Shown here piece by piece: positions 25,466 to 38,305 of a stretch of DNA of 64,000 bases; the first letter of the stretch is position 1; each line of letters opens with the position of its first letter. Origin of the DNA: Octopus bimaculoides (Eukaryota). The stretch covers positions 69,275,338 through 69,339,337 of the forward strand of contig NC_068986.1 in NCBI RefSeq assembly GCF_001194135.2, read 5' to 3'. The notes beneath the pieces were generated by a model, which saw only the letters and a list, made by a program, of their open reading frames with translations, was not told the origin of the DNA and ran no database searches. The position numbers were made by a program, and so were the translations under genes.

Positions 25466-25999
25466 TATACGTACATATATACACACATATATACATAATA
25501 CATATATATTATGTACACTGGTACATCTTCATGTTTTTTGTTTTAATTTTTATTTTCACAGTTAATTATAGATAAATTATTAATAGAAAAGACAGTCTTC
25601 GTATTCATTATAATTGTCTTTGATTTGCACTCCCGTAAATATTCATAATCCAGTGAAGTGAACCCAGGATTTACCCACCAGATGGATTACAATGGGATTG
25701 CTTACCCCAAGCAATTCTAGGTGCTTTCTACTGTTTGATGCAGTTAATCTGAATCCGGTCTATACTTGAGTTCTCGTACGGTACCTGCCTGGATAATTTA
25801 TCCCTATATACTCATTATATCTATAGTGATATATGAGTAGATGTGTATATGTGTTTACGTGTTTCGTATGCATGTTTATATATTTACATACACGCACACA
25901 TATCTTTAAGTATGTTTTTCCTAATACAGTATACATACCGAGTAGAATGCAAACCGTGTAGAAATGTATATCTACAAGGATACCGTTATCAAAGTCATA

Positions 26000-26245
26000 A
26001 TAAAGACAACACATGTCGCAGTTTTATTATTATCACACGTCTTCAATGATGCCTTTAGACTGTCTTGTTATCACATCTATATCAGTTTGCAGTATTATCT
26101 CAAGTATCGGTTTTGCTACCATCTATAAATATCTTGACAGATACACAGGTTTAAACTAATATCAAGAAATCACCTCTGTTATAAATGTATAAACACCTTG
26201 GAGATGCACTCGAGCCTTGAACCAATGTTCTAATGTTCTCTTATG
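26000..26245 (-). mobile_element. Possible highly degraded CR1/L2-type RT fragment
   Basis: Minus strand contains VQGS..F..FI and ILQTDIDVIT, resembling PQGSVLGP.LF.IFIND and LQ.DLD. Confidence 0.3.
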
Positions 26246-27039
26246 ATAAGAATATTATCGTATACTATCATATTAACCCATAACATAGTGAGATCCCGAA
26301 GCCTTCATGAAGTAAGGCATGTTTTTTCATTATAGGCCGTCTGACATAGCAGGAATTTGTGAAATTAAAGTTACTAAAGGTATTAGCAGAATGAATATAA
26401 TTATATCTAACAGCATTTACTTTTATAAATTTTAAATACATTTGAAATAAAGCCATCCTTAGGCTTAACCTACAATATATAGAAAAAACCACTAAGCTAT
26501 GCTATAACACACATACACACGCACACGCATATACACACACACGCACACATACAGATTTAGAGTTTAGATTATTGAAATATATTTCTCTCGATGCAACAGC
26601 ATTTATATTTACAATGCAATACTTGAACACATTGCAGCGAGATTTCAAACGTTGTATTTCGAAATCATTAGAAGATGCCATAAAAAAATTCATCAAAAGA
26701 CTAAAAATGTAAACAATAGGAATTACCTTTGGAGCTGACAACGAAGTTTGAGATTAACTTTCGATGTGCACTGTTTCGTAGCTGCATAATAAAACGACTT
26801 TAATATTTTCGCTTTCAAGAACAGTAAGTTTAGTGACAGCTTTATTTGCAAAGGCTTCCTTTTCTGCTTTTGTTTGATGAAAGTGGTCCTAACATACACA
26901 CATACATACATGCATACATACATACACACATACATACATACATACATACATACATACACACATACATATATAAATTACATGCTTACATGCATACATGCAT
27001 ACATGCAAGTATGCATACTTATACACATAATTAACGATT

Positions 27040-27180
27040 CCTGTAAATATAAATTGTTCTCCAGCACTGGGCGAAGGTCAACGTTTCATAGGCAAGGTGA
27101 GATGATACAATCAACATCAGCGCTTGACTGGTACTTGTTTCATCGACCCCAAGAGACGAAAACTAAAGTTGACATCAGAA
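27040..27180 (-). mobile_element. SINE family B, 3' fragment
   Basis: ACTGGTACTTGTTTCATCGACCCCAAGAGACGAAAACTAAAGTTGAC is the reverse complement of the family B body. Confidence 0.7.
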
Positions 27181-28375
27181 AAATTAGTCATAATAGTAAT
27201 TATAAGAATCACAGCAGATGAATGTGAATAAAAATTGATTGCAGCCGAATATAACATAGTTTTTAAATTACAGAAAAGTTAACAATCAATATTATGTACG
27301 AAGAAAGTCGTGTCTTTATTTTAGATCACACATTAGAAATCCAACAATTGTTTCAATCGAATTAACATATGCATAATATATATATTCATATATATATATA
27401 TATANNNNNNNNNNNNNNNNNNNNNNNNNNNNNNNNNNNNNNNNNNNNNNNNNNNNNNNNNNNNNNNNNNNNNNNNNNNNNNNNNNNNNNNNNNNNNNNN
27501 NNNNNNNNNNNNNNNNNNNNNNNNNNNNNNNNNNNNNNNNNNNNNNNNNNNNNNNNNNNNNNNNNNNNNNNNNNNNNNNNNNNNNNNNNNNNNNNNNNNN
27601 NNNNNNNNNNNNNNNNNNNNNNNNNNNNNNNNNNNNNNNNNNNNNNNNNNNNNNNNNNNNNNNNNNNNNNNNNNNNNNNNNNNNNNNNNNNNNNNNNNNN
27701 NNNNNNNNNNNNNNNNNNNNNNNNNNNNNNNNNNNNNNNNNNNNNNNNNNNNNNNNNNNNNNNNNNNNNNNNNNNNNNNNNNNNNNNNNNNNNNNNNNNN
27801 NNNNNNNNNNNNNNNNNNNNNNNNNNNNNNNNNNNNNNNNNNNNNNNNNNNNNNNNNNNNNNNNNNNNNNNNNNNNNNNNNNNNNNNNNNNNNNNNNNNN
27901 NNNNNNNNNNNNNNNNNNNNNNNNNNNNNNNNNNNNNNNNNNNNNNNNNNNNNNNNNNNNNNNNNNNNNNNNNNNNNNNNNNNNNNNNNNNNNNNNNNNN
28001 NNNNNNNNNNNNNNNNNNNNNNNNNNNNNNNNNNNNNNNNNNNNNNNNNNNNNNNNNNNNNNNNNNNNNNNNNNNNNNNNNNNNNNNNNNNNNNNNNNNN
28101 NNNNNNNNNNNNNNNNNNNNNNNNNNNNNNNNNNNNNNNNNNNNNNNNNNNNNNNNNNNNNNNNNNNNNNNNNNNNNNNNNNNNNNNNNNNNNNNNNNNN
28201 NNNNNNNNNNNNNNNNNNNNNNNNNNNNNNNNNNNNNNNNNNNNNNNNNNNNNNNNNNNNNNNNNNNNNNNNNNNNNNNNNNNNNNNNNNNNNNNNNNNN
28301 NNNNNNNNNNNNNNNNNNNNNNNNNNNNNNNNNNNNNNNNNNNNNNNNNNNNNNNNNNNNNNNNNNNNNNNNNNN

Positions 28376-28452
28376 GTAGAAGACACATGCCCAAGGTGCC
28401 ACGCAGTAGGACTGAACCCGGAAACATGTGGTTCGTAAGCAAGTTACTTACC
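28376..28452 (-). mobile_element. SINE family A head (tRNA-like), remainder in an N-gap
   Basis: CCCAAGGTGCCACGCAGTAGGACTGAACCCGGAAACATGTGGTTCGTAAGCAAGTTACTTACC is nearly identical to 57937-58000. Confidence 0.85.
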
Positions 28453-29997
28453 GGAAAAAGTCAGTAGGCATGCAGCTCGGCACCTGGAGAAGCAAGCCCA
28501 TGCCGTCCAGCAGCGCCCCCGTAGTGGGACGCTGGACCGACGGTCCGGTCAAGTTGCTCGGAGTCTGGTTTGGTCCGGACCTCCAAACAGAAATGAACTG
28601 GGACGAGATAACGAGTAGGGCGGCCACTTTCTCCCGGCAATGCGACGAGAGGAAGCTGTACCTAAAATATCGGGCGGAGGTGACGAATGCGTACATCGCA
28701 TCCGTCATCTACTACCGCCTGACCGTCTTGCCTTGTCCCGACCCTACCATCACCAAACATCTTCTACTTCCTGTGGAAAGGAAGCGTTCCAACGGTCTGG
28801 TGATCCGTTTGCTGCCAACACCCGCTAAAAGGAGGGCTGGGCATGCCGTGGTTGATGATGCGCAGACATGTGCTGAGACTGCAAATCTCCGGCTCTAGGT
28901 AGACGACGCTGGACAGATGAGCGGCGCGCTTTCCCGCAGTTCGTCTCTGTGACCGAGCTGCAGTCGTGGATCAAGAAGAGGCCGAGGTAGGGCGAATGGC
29001 ATCACGTGTGTCACATTGCTCTCGAGCAACTATGCCGCCCCGGGTCGACCTTGAGCGATGCATCACAACCAATGCATTCTATAGGAAATTAGTGGAGGGG
29101 AGGTACGACAACGATTTCGGGGCGAACCTGAGCGTCGACGAGAAATACCTGACCCGCCTGTTCAAGACGACTTTCGAGTCGGGACCTATAGACAACTTCC
29201 AGAGATCCCTGGCCTGGCAGTGCTATCGAGAAGCGCTACCAATTCTGGATAAGCTCTACAAGCATGGCTCGAGAAACACCGGGCCGACCTGTCCGAAATG
29301 CAGTCAGAGCGACGAAACCGTTCTGCACGCACTCGTGCAGTGTCCGACCAATTCCGACCTGTGGGCTTATGTCGAACGACTGCTGTCACGTGCGGGACGA
29401 GTCGGCTTATCAGCCGAGTCTATCGTGAATATTGTCGCGCCCCCTTCCTTCAAACGGGAAGGAAGACCCATTTTCATCGTACTTGTGGCTATGGCGAAAG
29501 AATGTGTCTGGTGGATGCGTCTGAAAGGATTAGAGACAAACGCTTTCATCTCTGGTCAATCTCTCATCAACTTCTTCAAGTATCACTTGAAAAGGAAGGT
29601 GAGAGTAGAAAGGAAAGTTTTGTCTAGCGAATGCTTCAACAAAAGATGGGTGAATGTAGCAAGGACGGTACGTGTGAATGACGGAGCCACCTAGAGCATA
29701 ATCCTATGAGCTAGAAAAGCAATGGAAAAAAAAGAGAGTTACCTACTTGTAAATGTGTTATTGTGTGACATTATTGCCAGAGGCTACCGTGGTCTTTTCG
29801 TGGGTTTTTCTTTCCACTTTTGGGAACTTTTTGTACTATTTCGACTTTTGTATATCCCAAACGATTTCGATCCCTTTTGATCGTTGTCCTTATTTTCAAT
29901 TTTTATTTTTGTTTGTTTTCGCCCCCCCCCCTCGAAAAGAAAAACTGTACATTGTATATGCCCCTCTATGTTCAGCCCTTTGTGGCCAATAAAGAAA
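28453..29997 (+). mobile_element. Tx1/L1-clade LINE, 5'-truncated ORF2 (RT C-terminus, zf-RVT CCHC), 3' UTR and polyA signal
   Basis: GPVKLLGVWFG..NWDEI..RKLYLKYRAEV..IASVIYYRLTVLP; GGLGMP; FQRSLAWQCYREALP; CPKCSQSDETVLHALVQC. AATAAA at 29988-29993. GC-rich and relatively young, with a few frameshifts and stops. Confidence 0.85.
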
Positions 29998-30310
29998 GCT
30001 ATCTATCTATTTATCTGTCTGTCTGTCCGTCTGTATTTCTGTGTGTAAATGTATGTGTGTTCTCTACACATATATTTGTGGTATATGCAAATAAAATTAC
30101 ATTTCTCAAAAATGATATGGTGTTCATATTTGAATTACCCTTATATCAAAAATTATAATAAAGAAATTCTGTGTGTTTGGTCTCTGCAATAGCTTCCGAA
30201 ATAATTTGATGCATGTTTTGTTTGAGAATGAATTTACTAACATCTGAACGGAGTGTGAGTTGATATGTACATGATGAAGCTATATATCAGTTTTGAATTA
30301 TATACATATA

Positions 30311-30908
30311 TTGTTTGGTGCAACAGAATGAAATTTCAGAAGACTAGTTAAGAGGGAGAAAGGGTGTTTTGAGTATTCCATTTTATGTGAATGACAATGA
30401 ATATATTGAATCAGGTATTGGTATGAAGGCAGTTGAGAAGACTGGCTAAGTGAATAAGTACAATCTGCAACAGAGAATATTTTCTACTCTTCTAGATAAA
30501 GACAGCATTTAGGACTAATATACTAATCACATTTTCGAAATTGTTTATAAATCTTCAAATGAGCTGCAAATAGGGGAATGTGGAAGAGGACAAAGTTCTG
30601 TAGATTCAAATAATGATGATAGATTAAAGCACTAGTTAGTAAGTACTGTGCGCGAGGAGATCAAGTACATTCACTAAAGAAGGACAATGTATTTCACCAT
30701 CTAAACTGAATTCCTCATCTCATTAGACTGTCATAGACTGTTATGTCAGCCCAAACGTGAGGGTAGAATTTGTGGAACTCAGCAAGCCTTTGATAGATGT
30801 AAATTAAAATCAAACAGCTGTTGTGAGACTAATGAGCCCAGTTATCAAACGCAACAGTTCAAATAGGTTTCCTTTTACATTTCTTTCATAATTTTTGCAA
30901 TTAGATTA
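30311..30908 (+). mobile_element. Old internally deleted mariner remnant
   Basis: TA-TTGTTTGGTGCAACAG left end, TTTTTGCAATTAGATTATA right end, and an internal RGQSSV..DDRLKAL...TVRE-like HTH remnant. Confidence 0.45.
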
Positions 30909-33299
30909 TAAATACAGAGGTCAGATTAAGAAATTGTGAGAGAATATGCGTACGTATGAACACACCTCGTAACGGAGACAAACATACAAATATTTATCTC
31001 AAAACATTATGTTTGTTCGTTAGCACATTATTTTAGAATTTCGGTTATGAGTTTACGAATAGTTTTTATCAAAATAACCAGCATTTTGTATGCAAGACAT
31101 TTTTGAGACCAGCACCAGCACCAGCACCAGCAACAGGCTGAGCAGAATTTTAAATATTTTATCGAGTGTTATTAAGTAAAATTATAAACATAGTTTTAGT
31201 AATTCTGTGACTAATTTGGTAATACACTACGATAAGCTTAAGCACAACACAAGACGCTTGTAGACGAAGCTAAAAATTAGGATATTAAAAATAAATACTC
31301 AGAAACAGATCATAAAATATTCAGTTTGGCTGGCATAATGATGTAGTCCAGTAATACAGTGCAAAACATTGTGTTCTTATATAAGGGATTCGGCTTACGT
31401 CTATCAGCCCTTAACTACTTATGATACGCTTCATTACAACATACGAAATCCCGAACCTAGCTTATTTCCATCGTGTAATCTCCGCAAATTACACACAACT
31501 TTCTTTCGCTAAATATTATCAGATGAGAGTTTGCATCTTTTAAAAATAGAATAGTTATTATCCTAACACCAATCTCATCACTTTGAAAAGTTCCCCTCCG
31601 AGATTAAAAGCGCATGATTAATAGTTTTGTTTCGACGAAACATGATTGCGAGGTTTGAAGCTATTTTTATTGCCTAAAGAGCCCTTTAAGTAATTGTAAT
31701 TGAAAGAAGAGTAATGTCGAAAATGTCACAATGACTTAAATATTTGTTAGCCAACAGAAGTTATCAAAATTAAATCGTATGATTTTACAAAGAAGCAATT
31801 TTAAACAAATAGTTTAGATATCGATATTATTTTCTATAAACTGATTAGTGATCAATAAAATTTGGAGGAAGGCAGAAAAATAGTTTACGTTTATAATTCG
31901 AGAATTCTGATTAAAGCGACTTAAAATAATACGAACAACAATACTATTTGAAACGTTGTGATTTGTTATTTTCTGGCTCTGTGAAAGTCTTCTGGCAGAG
32001 AACGTTCATAATATTCTCATTTATTTGCTTAAGCTAATAGAGGTTCGCGTTCGGCTTCCCCATATTGTGATGCGTTTGATATCTCAAGCAACCTGAATAT
32101 CAGTTCATTGAGAAACAGTTGAAAGAATATATGTAGTTCTTCACTGACTTGAACATCTGTTTACGCATTTAGGTTTTTAATATAATAATCTAAAATTATT
32201 TTCATTTCAGCATGATTACTGAAGAGTTAATTAGTCGACACGGGTTAGTTCTGTTGTATCGGAGACCTATTTTATTATTCACTAACGTATATTAGTTGAA
32301 GTGATAAAGTAGAATGCCAATGAGAACATTCCATTTTGAATTGTGTGATGGAGATTTTATGACCGCTAGGAATCAAATATAGCCTTTGCGTAAATACAAA
32401 GTAGTAACAAAATAGAATATTTGAGAAACAGGAAGAGAACAGAAAACCCTGAAACATAATTTGATACTTCTGGTGAGCCAATAGAACATAAAGCAATAAA
32501 AAGGTAATAAGACAAGCGAAATGAGCAAGGAAAATCTATAGGGTAGAGCAATAAATCAGTAGAATAGGTAACTGGCATGAAATATAACAGTAGCCCTTAA
32601 AATCTATGATAGCCTCAATTTGTCTTGGCATTCATGTCAATAATAACTCTGCCAAGAATCCTTGTCGCTGCTAAATATCTGTCTCTCTACTTATTTCTCT
32701 GCTTTATTTCTGTTACTATTCCTCTCTTGCTCCTACTGAACTAGTCACACCATTTCCCCCCACTCTGCCTAGAGTCCAATATTATTATCTATTTATCAGC
32801 CTGCTCACTTTAAAAAGATTAAAGATCGAAATTAGTAAAGGAATTTCTAAATACTTCCCAATAAGATGGAATTGATGAGAAGAAAACTGCTAAGGTTGAT
32901 AACACTTGCCAAGTATACGACATTGTAGTCGACGACTAACGAGGAAGCCTATCACTAACACCTTTACTGGTGGCCAACGGTTGTTTCTAAAAGGTAACCG
33001 AAGAGGCCAGACAAATAATTATTATTCAGAAGCTCGTATTGCTGCAAGGCAAAAGAACGAAATAAAATGACAAACGTGAAGTTTCAATTGCGGAATGACA
33101 TAAAAATCAATAAAAACTTGCGTATTCGATAACATATTCCAATAATTAAACGGACCGTTTAGAAAGCGTTCAGTTTAGCTTTCTCAGTAATGTTATGATA
33201 GCTATTCTATTTCAAAGGCATCGCATCTTGAATCTGATGTGAAAACCAACAGAAATTGAATTACAGTCAATGTCACAGAAGCACTAAAAAGACTTGAAA

Positions 33300-33350
33300 G
33301 CCTATCAAGTTTCGGTCACTGGAATGACCACAACAGTATCGTCATAGGGC
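33300..33350 (-). ncRNA. Degenerate hammerhead-like motif
   Basis: Perfect GGTCA ttccag TGACC hairpin followed directly by GAAAC. Upstream CTGTTGT or ATGACGA could be the decayed CUGANGA. Confidence 0.4.
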
Positions 33351-34928
33351 TACTACACACAAACGCGCGCGCGCAAACATACACACGCACACACTCACAT
33401 ACATATACATACACTCACACGCACTCACACACTCATGCACACACACATATACACACACACATATACACACATACACGGACATTAATAGGTTTTACAAATA
33501 TTTAGGAAAGCAATTTTGTTATGATGCAATTTTTAGAATGGTTTTACAACATCATTTTCTATTCACAGCAGAAATTCATTATTGCTTCAATAGAATGTTT
33601 TTCTGTCTTCTATTTATATTCCAAATCTATCATTATTTATATCCAGTTCCACTTTCCATGCACGCATGTGTGAACACACGCTGTCGCACATAAGCATTCA
33701 CCTACGTACACTTATATACTCGAGCGTACGCACACAGATACACGCAAGCACGAATGCACGCGCACGCAGACATACAAATGTAGATACACATTCGTAAGCA
33801 AATAGGGACACACAGTCCCTGTGCTTCCATACATGAACTGAAACAGTTATCTAACTCTATTGTACATTGCTTTTCATCAACTGGAAATCAATGTCGGAGT
33901 AGAAAGTAAGTCATGTACATATGCATTACCTTAAACACTATACACACATTTACAGGTATACAATAATTATCATATTATTAAACATCACATATACATCATC
34001 ATAAACACTCAAATCTCACGCCACACGTTGCATATATTAGTAGGGACATACCATGCATACAATGCCCTCACAATAATATAAACAACTGTTCCTTCAAGTT
34101 GTGTTCATGAGCGCATGCGCGCACATACGTATTGCAACGAGCACACAAAATTAAATATTTTACGCATAGAGGAAATAGTTGGTTAACATGATGCTATAAT
34201 TAGAAATTATATTTATCGAAAGTAATCTCTTAGCTGTGTCTGTTATCTAGAGAACGTACCAATAGATACAAGTATGCTGCTGACTGTTAGAAATCGTCTT
34301 TGTGTTCACATAGACGAAAGGTCTCCTGAAGTTGAAACACAGCTATTGTCAACTTCTGATTTCTGCACAGTTGCAGATTGTGAACTTTACATTTGATAAT
34401 CTATTATTTATGAAATATGATTTCCTAATTAATAATGCTGTAATTTCAAGTTTACATTTGCACTAACATTCAGTGTGCGCATACATTCCATAGAGAATAA
34501 GTGCACAACATAAGACTTTTGCATACACTTTCTACGAACATTGGACACGGCCCCGCATATTTTGATAGAAGTAGAATCTGTTACTTTTGCAATAATCTTA
34601 AATAACTCATGGGTAATCTAGTTAAAAATTTGCTTTAGAAATCCTGAAAAGAGAAAACGCTGAACCTGATAAGTGATTAACTCCGAATTATCTTAAATTG
34701 GGCGTGTGCTTTTTTTTTTGTATCTCTGGCGTGTACGTATCCACCATGACCAGTTCTACTGCATGCTATTTCATTAAATTGTAGCCACTGCAAAACATCG
34801 GTGGAAGTAGTCTTATTCCCTTGGACAACAGCAAATCTTTTAAACAAAAATTTCTATAAAGATACGATCTGTTTCTCACTACGCTCCTAGATTCCAAACT
34901 CCCTGCGAGAAAGAACCTCTGAAATGTA

Positions 34929-35184
34929 GAATGGTTCTCAACCGGGGTCCATATGGCCCTTGGGTCTCGATATTAGATTTTGTTAAAATTTACGTGCAAT
35001 AAATTGCTTATAATTCTGCAGTACATAAAATGTTTTAACAGTTGTTAAATCAGTTCCTAACATTTCATTATTAAAATACAGTAGGATAGTTTTTATATAC
35101 ATCGAATGGCTATAGAGGTCAGTAGAGCAAAATAAGATTCAAGGGGTCCAGATGCAAAAAAAAAAAAATGATTGGGAGCCACTA
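34929..35184. mobile_element. hAT (Charlie-type) MITE
   Basis: Left GAATGGTTCTCAACCGGGGTCC, right GGGGTCCAG...GATTGGGAGCCACTA, matching the CAGTGGTTCTCAACC-type TIR. An 8-bp TSD is not resolved. Confidence 0.65.
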
Positions 35185-36225
35185 CTCTACATGGTTACTC
35201 AACATACTAGAAAAGCAGAAAAATTTCGCTTGAATCACAAGCTGCCATCTTATCTAAAGATAAAAGAAACAAAAATAATATAGTCCTCAATATACATGAA
35301 AAGACCGCATGATCATGGTTGAAATGTCTTTCGCTAAAACCTTACTCTAACAGGGTTGACCAGGGACTATAGAACAGCCACAAGATGTGAACACTAAGAT
35401 TACACTGGCATTCCGCTGTATTTCTCAGGTGTGTTCCATGACCTCAGAAAAGTTTCCTGAAACCTTCCTTCTCGAAATGAACACAATTATGATTACACCT
35501 CAGAGCTACATGAAGTGTGTGGAGAGGTTTTAGATGGACACACACGAAACATTAAGAATAACATATCCAACATAGATAAGCCACAAAGGATTTATGTGTT
35601 GTTCACCCTTGCGGTCACGAAATCAACTGTGAAAAGTTACTAGTTTGATAGGAAAACCCTCCCAATTTTTAAAACACTAACGATGGTTCCTATATTAAAA
35701 CCTTTATCTAGTCTGTACTCTTTAAAGCTGCACCACTCGTTTCCACTGAAGAGAAAATATCAATCCGACCAACCTCATTGAATTAGACATGCATTGCCAC
35801 CCATTGTTATATTTAAAGGCTTAATTTAACTAAATTAACGCTTACTTGTAGTTCCGGTGTTTATGGTTCTCAGCTCTGAAAGCCACTACTGTGGTGCATA
35901 GAGCAGCAGTTTCTATTTTGTCTATGATGGCAGCATAGTTACTTCTGACATATATTTCCATGCTTATATTTCTGTTATATATTACAGAGTATCTCTTAAC
36001 CGACCTGCAAAGAGAGAGCTAAATTTCATATAAATTAAATGCTTTCTTATTTGTAAAGCTTTTTCATTCACTAACTTACTCTGCCCACTTCCCTCTCTCT
36101 CATTCTTTGTCTCTCTTCCTCTCTTCCCCTTTATATATTTATATGTATGCGTGTATGCGCGCGTGTCTGTGTGTGGCTTCTGTATCATTAGATACACGCA
36201 TATTAACACATCTTAAACAAGAGCC

Positions 36226-36308
<83 letters not shown>

Positions 36309-37134
36309 TATTAGCAGTCCGCATGCAAGTTTTTTTAAATGTATATAAATTATATAGAGATAAAGTGCTTCGCAAATACATTAGAATTCTATATGCCAAT
36401 GTCTAAATGGTGATGACATCTCATGTATTTTTGTGTTGGAAGATTCTAATATAACTTTGCAATAATTAAATTATTCACACATGCATACACACATTCGCAC
36501 GCACACACATACATATTTCTGCCCTCCCACAAAAGCTGATACATACTCAGACACACCTACGTGTAGACAGTTTAAGCATATATGTTTATGTGTAAACTGA
36601 CAACATCTACTTTAGACTTCAGAAAGTCATTTGTTATTTCATTTTCCTGCCTTTGAAGCTGTCCCCGGAGACATGTTAAACTACAAACAGCTATAGGATC
36701 CAGCGGAAGTTATTTCAATAATTAACTAGGTGAGAGATCTGTAGCTAAATGATAGCAGGCTGCGACGTTGTGACGCCCTATAAATAATAGATATGAGAAA
36801 AGGTTAACACACTACTGATGGCTTTTCAAAATTGTTAGTAGAAACTGAACATTGAAATTTGAATACTATGTTTAAAACACCTCGCATACATACAAATTAA
36901 GAACATTCTGCCTGACTTTAATATTATTTCGACTTTAAAGGTCATAAGATTCCTCTAAAAACTGGATATTACTCTTAAATACTATAAGCTAATTTTTTTT
37001 ACCAAGACACTCTGAAGTGGATTATAATTAAAGTGTGGTTCTGAGCTTCATAAAATGTTATTTATCATTACCCCTAGTATTAAAAAAAAAAAAAAAAACT
37101 AAAAAGACCCCCCCCCCCCCAAACTCACAGGCTA

Positions 37135-37200
37135 TAAAGGCAGTACCTTAGGATGGCCGCAGTTCAATGACTGAATCAAGTAAAAGATTTTTAAAAAAAT
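37135..37200 (+). mobile_element. SINE family A 3' tail fragment
   Basis: AAAGGCAGTACCTTAGGATGGCCGCAGTTCAATGACTGAATCAAGTAAAAGA matches the remembered tail of this octopod SINE type. Confidence 0.5.
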
Positions 37201-37962
37201 GAAAAAGAAAAAAAGCAATAACTTTCCAATTCTTTTTCCGCTATATAATTCACTTTAAGGATTAAATAATGAATTCATTACCATGCCTGGAATTTCCGAG
37301 GGACGATAACACTAATTCAATACATGATGGAGTTAGTTAGATTTCCCATTAACGCTTCTGTCTTAGAGGCGGGCATCTGATCAAATAGACAATTATTAAA
37401 TTGAAATAATTAATTAGCTCCTCCTACACCGTATCTGAATATAATTTGATTATGAGTATTGGATATCTTCCTCAATAGAGTAAGCTTAACTTGATTAAGT
37501 AATTATCACGATAAAGCCGATTGAACTTCAGCTAATATCTAGTATTATACATATATATTAGAAGACAAGTAATGATATAGTGTGAGTTATTTACATTGAT
37601 TTAAAGACTGGTTTTGCACACGCACGTACACATACACACACACTCACGCGTACATATTCGGAATATATTCACAGCTTATATAAAGGTAAATTTTAACAAC
37701 TATAGGAACGTCAGGTAATCGAACTATTGGGGTGGTGGACTTGCAGCGGAGAGTCGATAGTTCGTATCATGTCAATAACTAAGCTCATAATTTTCTGTTG
37801 CGCTTTTGTTCCACTTAATGATAAAAGAAACCATGAAGTAAGTATAACTCATTGATGTAGCAAGAATATTGTATGATTTTAAAGCTTCGTTAATGAAACA
37901 TATAGAATTTAGAGGACGCAGATAAAGTGTGGTTCGTAGTATGTAGTGTTAAGCTCAAGTCT

Positions 37963-37999
37963 TTCTTAAGAGTTTCAGTTCGAGCCAATCATCAAAGAA
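37963..37999 (-). ncRNA. Degenerate minimal hammerhead motif
   Basis: TTCT-TTGATGA-ttggctcgaact-GAAA-CTCT-T-A-AGAA. Stem I is perfect; stems II and III are decayed. Confidence 0.45.
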
Positions 38000-38082
38000 G
38001 AAATCAAGAAATTACCCATTCGGTCGCCATCGCGACTCCACAGGTGTTGATAAGGAAGATATATATATATATATATATATAT

Positions 38083-38305
38083 AACGTGAAGTATATTTGC
38101 CACTTAAATGCGGCTAAACCCTAAGGGTGAATGTTACTGTTGCTTTTAGCCCAGGAGAACATCTCCGCCACCTGGCTATTGACACACATCTGTGCCCTGT
38201 CGGTATTTGCAAAGGGAAGTCATCCTTCCCATCTTGATCACGTGATACGCATGGACTCGAGTTTCTGGGTATTTACCCTTCGTCAGCGTACGACAATCAC
38301 CGATC

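Noticed and set aside
26727-26890. Minus-strand segment with TTAG acceptor and AAG|GTAATT donor
   Set aside because: The only open frame looks off-frame (K/L-rich), the protein-like frame has a stop, and the acceptor borders a microsatellite.
34303-34353. Plus-strand TAGACGA...GAAAC...GTC, hammerhead-like
   Set aside because: The core is mutated, stems II and III do not pair, and stem I is not adjacent to the core.
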